DNA from: Auanema rhodensis
Lineage: Eukaryota; Animalia; Nematoda
Reading direction: 5' to 3'
Assembly: GCA_964057225.1 (NCBI GenBank)
Contig: OZ059894.1
Coordinates: 3,906,001 to 3,970,000 of the forward strand
Length of the DNA: 64,000 bases
The position numbers and the translations under genes were made by a program. Every line of letters begins with the position of its first letter. The first letter of the stretch is position 1. Positions 12,501 through 25,927 of the stretch are shown one piece after another. The notes beneath the pieces are model-generated. The model was not told where the DNA came from. It searched no databases and worked only from the letters and a program-made list of their open reading frames with translations.

Positions 12501-15043
12501 TTTAAGCTGCGTCGATCTGTGTTATCAGATTTGCGCTAGCTTAAAAATGCACCGAGATATCAACTGATATAAGTTCACACTTATATCCTCGATTTTCACC
12601 CTGAAGAATTAATTTTTTCGTTGAATAACATTGTCCATCGTCTTTGCCATGAAAAAAGGAATCTAAAAACATCTATTTTTTGCTAAATTATTTTGAAATT
12701 TTTCGAAAAAATTTTTGTCAAAATGTTTTTGGAAGCATTGTTGAGTGTACATGGAAACTCAACATACACTAATGCATCATTTTTCAAACGATCATAACTA
12801 ATTTTTGTATTAAGCGTTTCTCAATGTAGTATAGTGCATTCGATGCGGATTTTTAAGCTGCGTCGATCTGTGTTATCAGATTTGCGCTAGCTTAAAAATG
12901 CACCGAGATATCAACTGATATAAGTTCACACTTATATCCTCGATTTTCACCCTGAAGGAATAATTTTTTCGTTGAATAACATTGTCCATCGTCTTTGCCT
13001 TGAAAAATGGAATCTAAAAACATCTACTTTTTGCTAAATTATTTTGAAATTTTTCGAAAAAATTTTTGTCAAAATGTTTTTGGAAGCAATGTTGAGTGTA
13101 CATGGAAACTCAACATACACTAATGCATCATTTTTCAAACGATCATAACTAATTTTTGTATTAAGCGTTTCTCAATGTAGTATAGTGCATTCGATGCGGA
13201 TTTTTAAGCTGCGTCGATCTGTGTTATCAGATGTGCGCTAGCTTAAAAATGCACCGAGATATCAACTGATATAAGTTCACACTTATATCCTCGATTTTCA
13301 CCCTGAAGGAATAATTTTTTCGTTGAATAACATTGTCCATCGTCTTTGCCATGAAAAAAGGAATCTAAAAACATCTACTTTTCGCTAAATTATTTTGAAA
13401 TTTTTCGAAAAAATTTTTGTCAAAATGTTTTTGGAAGCAATGTTGAGTGTACATGGAAACTCAACATACACTAATGCATCATTTTTCAAACGATCATAAC
13501 TAATTTTTGTATTAAGCGTTTCTCAATGTAGTATAGTGCATTCGATGCGGATTTTTAAGCTGCGTCGATCTGTGTTATCAGATGTGCGCTAGCTTAAAAA
13601 TGCACCGAGATATCAACTGATATAAGTTCACACTTATATCCTCGATTTTCACCCTGAAGGAATAATTTTTTCGTTGAATAACATTGTCCATCGTCTTTGC
13701 CATGAAAAAAGGAATCTAAAAACATCTACTTTTCGCTAAATTATTTTGAAATTTTTCGAAAAAATTTTTGTCAAAATGTTTTTGGAAGCAATGTTGAGTG
13801 TACATGGAAACTCAACATACACTAATGCATCATTTTTCAAACGATCATAACTAATTTTTGTATCAAGCGTTTCTCAATGTAGTTTAGTGCATTCGATGCG
13901 GATTTTTAAGCTGCGTCGATCTGTGTTATCAGATTTGCGCTAGCTTAAAAATGCACCGAGATATCAACTGATATAAGTTCACACTTATATCCTCGATTTT
14001 CACCCTGAAGGAATAATTTTTTCGTTGAATAACATTGTCCATCGTCTTTGCCTTGAAAAATGGAATCTAAAAACATCTACTTTTTGCTAAATTATTTTGA
14101 AATTTTTCGAAAAAATTTTTGTCAAAATGTTTTTGGAAGCAATGTTGAGTGTACATGGAAACTCAACATACACTAATGCATCATTTTTCAAACGATCATA
14201 ACTAATTTTTGTATCAAGCGTTTCTCAATGTAGTTTAGTGCATTCGATGCGGATTTTTAAGCTGCGTCGATCTGTGTTATCAGATTTGCGCTAGCTTAAA
14301 AATGCACCGAGATATCAACTGATATAAGTTCACACTTATATCCTCGATTTTCACCCTGAAGGAATAATTTTTTCGTTGAATAACATTGTCCATCGTCTTT
14401 GCCTTGAAAAATGGAATCTAAAAACATCTACTTTTTGCTAAATTATCTTGAAATTTTTCGAAAAAATTTTTGTCAAAATGTTTTGGAAGCAATGTTGAGT
14501 GTACATGGAAACTCAACATACACTAATGCATCATTTTTCAAACGATCATAACTAATTTTTGTATCAAGCGTTTCTCAATGTAGTTTAGTGCATTCGATGC
14601 GGATTTTTAAGCTGCGTCGATCTGTGTTATCAGATGTGCGCTAGCTTAAAAATGCACCGAGATATCAACTGATATAAGTTCACACTTATATCCTCGATTT
14701 TCACCCTGAAGGAATAATTTTTTCGTTGAATAACATTGTCCATCGTCTTTGCCTTGAAAAATGGAATCTAAAAACATCTACTTTTTGCTAAATTATTTTG
14801 AAATTTTTCGAAAAAATTTTTGTCAAAATGTTTTTGGAAGCAATGTTGAGTGTACATGGAAACTCAACATACACTAATGCATCATTTTTCAAACGATCAT
14901 AACTAATTTTTGTATCAAGCGTTTCTCAATGTAGTTTAGTGCATTCGATGCGGATTTTTAAGCTGCGTCGATCTGTGTTATCAGATTTGCGCTAGCTTAA
15001 AAATGCACCGAGATATCAACTGATATAAGTTCACACTTATATC

Positions 15044-18000
15044 CTCGATTTTCACCCTGAAGGAATAATTTTTTCGTTGAATAACATTGTCCATCGTCTT
15101 TGCCTTGAAAAATGGAATCTAAAAACATCTACTTTTTGCTAAATTATTTTGAAATTTTTCGAAAAAATTTTTGTCAAAATGTTTTTGGAAGCAATGTTGA
15201 GTGTACATGGAAACTCAACATACACTAATGCATCATTTTTCAAACGATCATAACTAATTTTTGTATCAAGCGTTTCTCAATGTAGTTTAGTGCATTCGAT
15301 GCGGATTTTTAAGCTGCGTCGATCTGTGTTATCAGATGTGCGCTAGCTTAAAAATGCACCGAGATATCAACTGATATAAGTTCACACTTATATCCTCGAT
15401 TTTCACCCTGAAGGAATAATTTTTTCGTTGAATAACATTGTCCATCGTCTTTGCCTTGAAAAATGGAATCTAAAAACATCTACTTTTTGCTAAATTATTT
15501 TGAAATTTTTCGAAAAAATTTTTGTCAAAATGTTTTTGGAAGCAATGTTGAGTGTACATGGAAACTCAACATACACTAATGCATCATTTTTCAAACGATC
15601 ATAACTAATTTTTGTATCAAGCGTTTCTCAATGTAGTTTAGTGCATTCGATGCGGATTTTTAAGCTGCGTCGATCTGTGTTATCAGATTTGCGCTAGCTT
15701 AAAAATGCACCGAGATATCAACTGATATAAGTTCACACTTATATCCTCGATTTTCACCCTGAAGGAATAATTTTTTCGTTGAATAACATTGTCCATCGTC
15801 TTTGCCTTGAAAAATGGAATCTAAAAACATCTACTTTTTGCTAAATTATTTTGAAATTTTTCGAAAAAATTTTTGTCAAAATGTTTTTGGAAGCAATGTT
15901 GAGTGTACATGGAAACTCAACATACACTAATGCATCATTTTTCAAACGATCATAACTAATTTTTGTATCAAGCGTTTCTCAATGTAGTTTAGTGCATTCG
16001 ATGCGGATTTTTAAGCTGCGTCGATCTGTGTTATCAGATGTGCGCTAGCTTAAAAATGCACCGAGATATCAACTGATATAAGTTCACACTTATATCCTCG
16101 ATTTTCACCCTGAAGGAATAATTTTTTCGTTGAATAACATTGTCCATCGTCTTTGCCATGAAAAAAGGAATCTAAAAACATCTACTTTTCGCTAAATTAT
16201 TTTGAAATTTTTCGAAAAAATTTTTGTCAAAATGTTTTTGGAAGCAATGTTGAGTGTACATGGAAACTCAACATACACTAATGCATCATTTTTCAAACGA
16301 TCATAACTAATTTTTGTATTAAGCGTTTCTCAATGTAGTATAGTGCATTCGATGCGGATTTTTAAGCTGCGTCGATCTGTGTTATCAGATTTGCGCTAGC
16401 TTAAAAATGCACCGAGATATCAACTGATATAAGTTCACACTTATATCCTCGATTTTCACCCTGAAGGAATAATTTTTTTTGTTGAATAACATTGTCCATC
16501 GTCTTTGCCTTGAAAAATGGAATCTAAAAACATCTACTTTTTGCTAAATTATTTTGAAATTTTTCGAAAAAATTTTTGTCAAAATGTTTTTGGAAGCAAT
16601 GTTGAGTGTACATGGAAACTCAACATACACTAATGCATCATTTTTCAAACGATCATAACTAATTTTTGTATCAAGCGTTTCTCAATGTAGTTTAGTGCAT
16701 TCGATGCGGATTTTTAAGCTGCGTCGATCTGTGTTATCAGATGTGCGCTAGCTTAAAAATGCACCGAGATATCAACTGATATAAGTTCACACTTATATCC
16801 TCGATTTTCACCCTGAAGGAATAATTTTTTCGTTGAATAACATTGTCCATCGTCTTTGCCTTGAAAAATGGAATCTAAAAACATCTACTTTTTGCTAAAT
16901 TATTTTGAAATTTTTCGAAAAAATTTTTGTCAAAATGTTTTTGGAAGCAATGTTGAGTGTACATGGAAACTCAACATACACTAATGCATCATTTTTCAAA
17001 CGATCATAACTAATTTTTGTATCAAGCGTTTCTCAATGTAGTTTAGTGCATTCGATGCGGATTTTTAAGCTGCGTCGATCTGTGTTATCAGATTTGCGCT
17101 AGCTTAAAAATGCACCGAGATATCAACTGATATAAGTTCACACTTATATCCTCGATTTTCACCCTGAAGGAATAATTTTTTCGTTGAATAACATTGTCCA
17201 TCGTCTTTGCCTTGAAAAATGAAATCTAAAAACATCTACTTTTTGCTAAATTATTTTGAAATTTTTCGAAAAAATTTTTGTCAAAATGTTTTTGGAAGCA
17301 ATGTTGAGTGTACATGGAAACTCAACATACACTAATGCATCATTTTTCAAACGATCATAACTAATTTTTGTATCAAGCGTTTCTCAATGTAGTTTAGTGC
17401 ATTCGATGCGGAATTTTAAGCTGCGTCGATCTGTGTTATCAGATGTGCGCTAGCTTAAAAATGCACCGAGATATCAACTGATATAAGTTCACACTTATAT
17501 CCTCGATTTTCACCCTGAAGGAATAATTTTTTTTGTTGAATAACATTGTCCATCGTCTTTGCCTTGAAAAATGGAATCTAAAAACATCTACTTTTTGCTA
17601 AATTATTTTGAAATTTTTCGAAAAAATTTTTGTCAAAATGTTTTTGGAAGCAATGTTGAGTGTACATGGAAACTCAACATACACTAATGCATCATTTTTC
17701 AAACGATCATAACTAATTTTTGTATCAAGCGTTTCTCAATGTAGTTTAGTGCATTCGATGCGGATTTTTAAGCTGCGTCGATCTGTGTTATCAGATGTGC
17801 GCTAGCTTAAAAATGCACCGAGATATCAACTGATATAAGTTCACACTTATATCCTCGATTTTCACCCTGAAGGAATAATTTTTTCGTTGAATAACATTGT
17901 CCATCGTCTTTGCCTTGAAAAATGGAATCTAAAAACATCTACTTTTTGCTAAATTATTTTGAAATTTTTCGAAAAAATTTTTGTCAAAATGTTTTTGGAA

Positions 18001-20956
18001 GCAATGTTGAGTGTACATGGAAACTCAACATACACTAATGCATCATTTTTCAAACGATCATAACTAATTTTTGTATCAAGCGTTTCTCAATGTAGTTTAG
18101 TGCATTCGATGCGGATTTTTAAGCTGCGTCGATCTGTGTTATCAGATTTGCGCTAGCTTAAAAATGCACCGAGATATCAACTGATATAAGTTCACACTTA
18201 TATCCTCGATTTTCACCCTGAAGGAATAATTTTTTCGTTGAATAACATTGTCCATCGTCTTTGCCTTGAAAAATGAAATCTAAAAACATCTACTTTTTGC
18301 TAAATTATTTTGAAATTTTTCGAAAAAATTTTTGTCAAAATGTTTTTGGAAGCAATGTTGAGTGTACATGGAAACTCAACATACACTAATGCATCATTTT
18401 TCAAACGATCATAACTAATTTTTGTATCAAGCGTTTCTCAATGTAGTTTAGTGCATTCGATGCGGAATTTTAAGCTGCGTCGATCTGTGTTATCAGATGT
18501 GCGCTAGCTTAAAAATGCACCGAGATATCAACTGATATAAGTTCACACTTATATCCTCGATTTTCACCCTGAAGGAATAATTTTTTCGTTGAATAACATT
18601 GTCCATCGTCTTTGCCATGAAAAAAGGAATCTAAAAACATCTACTTTTCGCTAAATTATTTTGAAATTTTTCGAAAAAATTTTTGTCAAAATGTTTTTGG
18701 AAGCAATGTTGAGTGTACATGGAAACTCAACATACACTAATGCATCATTTTTCAAACGATCATAACTAATTTTTGTATTAAGCGTTTCTCAATGTAGTAT
18801 AGTGCATTCGATGCGGATTTTTAAGCTGCGTCGATCTGTGTTATCAGATTTGCGCTAGCTTAAAAATGCACCGAGATATCAACTGATATAAGTTCACACT
18901 TATATCCTCGATTTTCACCCTGAAGGAATAATTTTTTTTGTTGAATAACATTGTCCATCGTCTTTGCCTTGAAAAATGGAATCTAAAAACATCTACTTTT
19001 TGCTAAATTATTTTGAAATTTTTCGAAAAAATTTTTGTCAAAATGTTTTTGGAAGCAATGTTGAGTGTACATGGAAACTCAACATACACTAATGCATCAT
19101 TTTTCAAACGATCATAACTAATTTTTGTATCAAGCGTTTCTCAATGTAGTTTAGTGCATTCGATGCGGATTTTTAAGCTGCGTCGATCTGTGTTATCAGA
19201 TGTGCGCTAGCTTAAAAATGCACCGAGATATCAACTGATATAAGTTCACACTTATATCCTCGATTTTCACCCTGAAGGAATAATTTTTTCGTTGAATAAC
19301 ATTGTCCATCGTCTTTGCCTTGAAAAATGAAATCTAAAAACATCTACTTTTTGCTAAATTATTTTGAAATTTTTCGAAAAAATTTTTGTCAAAATGTTTT
19401 TGGAAGCAATGTTGAGTGTACATGGAAACTCAACATACACTAATGCATCATCTTTCAAACGATCATAACTATTTTTTGTATTAAGCGTTCTTCAATGTAG
19501 TATAGTGCATTCGATGCGGATTTTTAAGCTGCGTCGATCTGTGTTATCAGATTTGCGCTAGCTTAAAAATGCACCGAGATATCAACTGATATAAGTTCAC
19601 ACTTATATCCTCGATTTTCACCCTGAAGGAATAATTTTTTCGTTGAATAACATTGTCCATCGTCTTTGCCTTGAAAAATGGAATCTAAAAACATCTACTT
19701 TTTGCTAAATTATTTTGAAATTTTTCGAAAAAATTTTTGTCAAAATGTTTTTGGAAGCAATGTTGAGTGTACATGGAAACTCAACATACACTAATGCATC
19801 ATTTTTCAAACGATCATAACTAATTTTTGTATTAAGCGTTTCTCAATGTAGTATAGTGCATTCGATGCGGATTTTTAAGCTGCGTCGATCTGTGTTATCA
19901 GATTTGCGCTAGCTTAAAAATGCACCGAGATATCAACTGATATAAGTTCACACTTATATCCTCGATTTTCACCCTGAAGGAATAATTTTTTTTGTTGAAT
20001 AACATTGTCCATCGTCTTTGCCTTGAAAAATGGAATCTAAAAACATCTACTTTTTGCTAAATTATTTTGAAATTTTTCGAAAAAATTTTTGTCAAAATGT
20101 TTTTGGAAGCAATGTTGAGTGTACATGGAAACTCAACATACACTAATGCATCATTTTTCAAACGATCATAACTAATTTTTGTATCAAGCGTTTCTCAATG
20201 TAGTTTAGTGCATTCGATGCGGATTTTTAAGCTGCGTCGATCTGTGTTATCAGATGTGCGCTAGCTTAAAAATGCACCGAGATATCAACTGATATAAGTT
20301 CACACTTATATCCTCGATTTTCACCCTGAAGGAATAATTTTTTCGTTGAATAACATTGTCCATCGTCTTTGCCTTGAAAAATGAAATCTAAAAACATCTA
20401 CTTTTTGCTAAATTATTTTGAAATTTTTCGAAAAAATTTTTGTCAAAATGTTTTTGGAAGCAATGTTGAGTGTACATGGAAACTCAACATACACTAATGC
20501 ATCATTTTTCAAACGATCATAACTAACTTTGTATTAAGCGTTCTTCAATGTAGTATAGTGCATTCGATGCGGATTTTTAAGCTGCGTCGATCTGTGTTAT
20601 CAGATTTGCGCTAGCTTAAAAATGCACCGAGATATCAACTGATATAAGTTCACACTTATATCCTCGATTTTCACCCTGAAGGAATAATTTTTTCGTTGAA
20701 TAACATTGTCCATCGTCTTTGCCTTGAAAAATGGAATCTAAAAACATCTACTTTTTGCTAAATTATTTTGAAATTTTTCGAAAAAATTTTTGTCAAAATG
20801 TTTTTGGAAGCAATGTTGAGTGTACATGGAAACTCAACATACACTAATGCATCATTTTTCAAACGATCATAACTAATTTTTGTATCAAGCGTTTCTCAAT
20901 GTAGTTTAGTGCATTCGATGCGGATTTTTAAGCTGCGTCGATCTGTGTTATCAGAT
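15044..20956. repeat. Large block duplication, copy 2 (M44-M60), offset 15,043 bp
   Basis: Monomer starts map exactly: 4216->19259, 5270->20313, 5620->20663. First scored difference is G/T at 5914 vs 20957. Confidence 0.9.
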
Positions 20957-22768
20957 TTGCGCTAGCTTAAAAATGCACCGAGATATCAACTGATATAAGT
21001 TCACACTTATATCCTCGATTTTCACCCTGAAGGAATGATTTTTTCGTTGAATAACATTGTCCATCGTCTTTGCCATGAAAAAAGGAATCTAAAAACATCT
21101 ACTTTTTGCTAAATTATTTTGAAATTTTTCGAAAAAATTTTTGTCAAAATGTTTTTGGAAGCATTGTTGAGTGTACATGGAAACTCAACATACACTAATG
21201 CATCATTTTTCAAACGATCATAACTAATTTTTGTATCAAGCGTTTCTCAATGTAGTATAGTGCATTCGATGCGGATTTTTAAGCTGCGTCGATCTGTGTT
21301 ATCAGATTTGCGCTAGCTTAAAAATGCACCGAGATATCAACTGATATAAGTTCACACTTATATCCTCGATTTTCACCCTGAAGGAATAATTTTTTTTGTT
21401 GAATAACATTGTCCATCGTCTTTGCCTTGAAAAATGGAATCTAAAAACATCTACTTTTTGCTAAATTATTTTGAAATTTTTCGAAAAAATTTTTGTCAAA
21501 ATGTTTTTGGAAGCAATGTTGAGTGTACATGGAAACTCAACATACACTAATGCATCATTTTTCAAACGATCATAACTAATTTTTGTATCAAGCGTTTCTC
21601 AATGTAGTTTAGTGCATTCGATGCGGATTTTTAAGCTGCGTCGATCTGTGTTATCAGATGTGCGCTAGCTTAAAAATGCACCGAGATATCAACTGATATA
21701 AGTTCACACTTATATCCTCGATTTTCACCCTGAAGGAATAATTTTTTCGTTGAATAACATTGTCCATCGTCTTTGCCTTGAAAAATGAAATCTAAAAACA
21801 TCTACTTTTTGCTAAATTATTTTGAAATTTTTCGAAAAAATTTTTGTCAAAATGTTTTTGGAAGCAATGTTGAGTGTACATGGAAACTCAACATACACTA
21901 ATGCATCATTTTTCAAACGATCATAACTAACTTTGTATTAAGCGTTCTTCAATGTAGTATAGTGCATTCGATGCGGATTTTTAAGCTGCGTCGATCTGTG
22001 TTATCAGATTTGCGCTAGCTTAAAAATGCACCGAGATATCAACTGATATAAGTTCACACTTATATCCTCGATTTTCACCCTGAAGGAATAATTTTTTCGT
22101 TGAATAACATTGTCCATCGTCTTTGCCTTGAAAAATGGAATCTAAAAACATCTACTTTTTGCTAAATTATTTTGAAATTTTTCGAAAAAATTTTTGTCAA
22201 AATGTTTTTGGAAGCAATGTTGAGTGTACATGGAAACTCAACATACACTAATGCATCATTTTTCAAACGATCATAACTAATTTTTGTATCAAGCGTTTCT
22301 CAATGTAGTTTAGTGCATTCGATGCGGATTTTTAAGCTGCGTCGATCTGTGTTATCAGATTTGCGCTAGCTTAAAAATGCACCGAGATATCAACTGATAT
22401 AAGTTCACACTTATATCCTCGATTTTCACCCTGAAGGAATGATTTTTTCGTTGAATAACATTGTCCATCGTCTTTGCCATGAAAAAAGGAATCTAAAAAC
22501 ATCTACTTTTTGCTAAATTATTTTGAAATTTTTCGAAAAAATTTTTGTCAAAATGTTTTTGGAAGCATTGTTGAGTGTACATGGAAACTCAACATACACT
22601 AATGCATCATTTTTCAAACGATCATAACTAATTTTTGTATTAAGCGTTTCTCAATGTAGTATAGTGCATTCGATGCGGATTTTTAAGCTGCGTCGATCTG
22701 TGTTATCAGATTTGCGCTAGCTTAAAAATGCACCGAGATATCAACTGATATAAGTTCACACTTATATC
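19961..22768. repeat. Tandem 4-monomer higher-order repeat (2 x 1404 bp)
   Basis: M58-61 vs M62-65: [T8], [G72A + TAACTTTG + GTTCTTC], [consensus], [A24G/T62A/T70A/A151T/T244A]. They differ at C224T. Confidence 0.8.
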
Positions 22769-25700
22769 CTCGATTTTCACCCTGAAGGAATAATTTTTTC
22801 GTTGAATAACATTGTCCATCGTCTTTGCCTTGAAAAATGGAATCTAAAAACATCTACTTTTTGCTAAATTATTTTGAAATTTTTCGAAAAAATTTTTGTC
22901 AAAATGTTTTTGGAAGCAATGTTGAGTGTACATGGAAACTCAACATACACTAATGCATCATTTTTCAAACGATCATAACTAATTTTTGTATCAAGCGTTT
23001 CTCAATGTAGTTTAGTGCATTCGATGCGGATTTTTAAGCTGCGTCGATCTGTGTTATCAGATGTGCGCTAGCTTAAAAATGCACCGAGATATCAACTGAT
23101 ATAAGTTCACACTTATATCCTCGATTTTCATCCTGAAGAATTAATTTTTTCGTTGAATAACATTGTCCATCGTCTTTGCCATGAAAAAAGGAATCTAAAA
23201 ACATCTACTTTTCGCTAAATTATTTTGAAATTTTTCGAAAAAATTTTTGTCTAAATGTTTTTGGAAGCAATGTTGAGTGTACATGGAAACTCAACATACA
23301 CTAATGCATCATTTTTCAAACGATCATAACTAATTTTTGTATCAAGCGTTTCTCAATGTAGTTTAGTGCGTTCGATGCGGATTTTTAAGCTGCGTCGATC
23401 TGTGTTATCAGATTTGCGCTAGCTTAAAAATGCACCGAGATATCAACTGATATAAGTTCACACTTATATCCTCGATTTTCACCCTGAAGGAATAATTTTT
23501 TCGTTGAATAACATTGTCCATCGTCTTTGCCTTGAAAAATGGAATCTAAAAACATCTACTTTTTGCTAAATTATTTTGAAATTTTTCGAAAAAATTTTTG
23601 TCAAAATGTTTTTGGAAGCAATGTTGAGTGTACATGGAAACTCAACATACACTAATGCATCATTTTTCAAACGATCATAACTAATTTTTGTATCAAGCGT
23701 TTCTCAATGTAGTTTAGTGCATTCGATGCGGATTTTTAAGCTGCGTCGATCTGTGTTATCAGATTTGCGCTAGCTTAAAAATGCACCGAGATATCAACTG
23801 ATATAAGTTCACACTTATATCCTCGATTTTCACCCTGAAGGAATGATTTTTTCGTTGAATAACATTGTCCATCGTCTTTGCCATGAAAAAAGGAATCTAA
23901 AAACATCTACTTTTTGCTAAATTATTTTGAAATTTTTCGAAAAAATTTTTGTCAAAATGTTTTTGGAAGCATTGTTGAGTGTACATGGAAACTCAACATA
24001 CACTAATGCATAATTTTTCAAACGATCATAACTAATTTTTGTATTAAGCGTTTCTCAATGTAGTTTAGTGCATTCGATGCGGATTTTTAAGCTGCGTCGA
24101 TCTGTGTTATCAGATTTGCGCTAGCTTAAAAATGCACCGAGATATCAACTGATATAAGTTCACACTTATATCCTCGATTTTCACCCTGAAGGAATAATTT
24201 TTTCGTTGAATAACATTGTCCATCGTCTTTGCCTTGAAAAATGGAATCTAAAAACATCTACTTTTTGCTAAATTATTTTGAAATTTTTCGAAAAAATTTT
24301 TGTCAAAATGTTTTTGGAAGCAATGTTGAGTGTACATGGAAACTCAACATACACTAATGCATCATTTTTCAAACGATCATAACTAATTTTTGTATCAAGC
24401 GTTTCTCAATGTAGTTTAGTGCATTCGATGCGGATTTTTAAGCTGCGTCGATCTGTGTTATCAGATGTGCGCTAGCTTAAAAATGCACCGAGATATCAAC
24501 TGATATAAGTTCACACTTATATCCTCGATTTTCACCCTGAAGGAATGATTTTTTCGTTGAATAACATTGTCCATCGTCTTTGCCATGAAAAAAGGAATCT
24601 AAAAACATCTACTTTTTGCTAAATTATTTTGAAATTTTTCGAAAAAATTTTTGTCAAAATGTTTTTGGAAGCATTGTTGAGTGTACATGGAAACTCAACA
24701 TACACTAATGCATCATTTTTCAAACGATCATAACTAATTTTTGTATTAAGCGTTTCTCAATGTAGTATAGTGCATTCGATGCGGATTTTTAATCTGCGTC
24801 GATCTGTGTTATCAGATTTGCGCTAGCTTAAAAATGCACCGAGATATCAACTGATATAAGTTCACACTTATATCCTCGATTTTCACCCTGAAGGAATAAT
24901 TTTTTCGTTGAATAACATTGTCCATCGTCTTTGCCTTGAAAAATGGAATCTAAAAACATCTACTTTTTGCTAAATTATTTTGAAATTTTTCGAAAAAATT
25001 TTTGTCAAAATGTTTTTGGAAGCAATGTTGAGTGTACATGGAAACTCAACATACACTAATGCATCATTTTTCAAACGATCATAACTAATTTTTGTATCAA
25101 GCGTTTCTCAATGTAGTTTAGTGCATTCGATGCGGATTTTTAAGCTGCGTCGATCTGTGTTATCAGATGTGCGCTAGCTTAAAAATGCACCGAGATATCA
25201 ACTGATATAAGTTCACACTTATATCCTCGATTTTCACCCTGAAGGAATAATTTTTTCGTTGAATAACATTGTCCATCGTCTTTGCCATGAAAAAAGGAAT
25301 CTAAAAACATCTACTTTTCGCTAAATTATTTTGAAATTTTTCGAAAAAATTTTTGTCAAAATGTTTTTGGAAGCAATGTTGAGTGTACATGGAAACTCAA
25401 CATACACTAATGCATCATTTTTCAAACGATCATAACTAATTTTTGTATCAAGCGTTTCTCAATGTAGTTTAGTGCATTCGATGCGGATTTTTAAGCTGCG
25501 TCGATCTGTGTTATCAGATTTGCGCTAGCTTAAAAATGCACCGAGATATCAACTGATATAAGTTCACACTTATATCCTCGATTTTCACCCTGAAGGAATG
25601 ATTTTTTCGTTGAATAACATTGTCCATCGTCTTTGCCATGAAAAAAGGAATCTAAAAACATCTACTTTTTGCTAAATTATTTTGAAATTTTTCGAAAAAA

Positions 25701-25927
25701 TTTTTGTCAAAATGTTTTTGGAAGCATTGTTGAGTGTACATGGAAACTCAACATACACTAATGCATCATTTTTCAAACGATCATAACTAATTTTTGTATT
25801 AAGCGTTTCTCAATGTAGTATAGTGCATTCGATGCGGATTTTTAAGCTGCGTCGATCTGTGTTATCAGATTTGCGCTAGCTTAAAAATGCACCGAGATAT
25901 CAACTGATATAAGTTCACACTTATATC

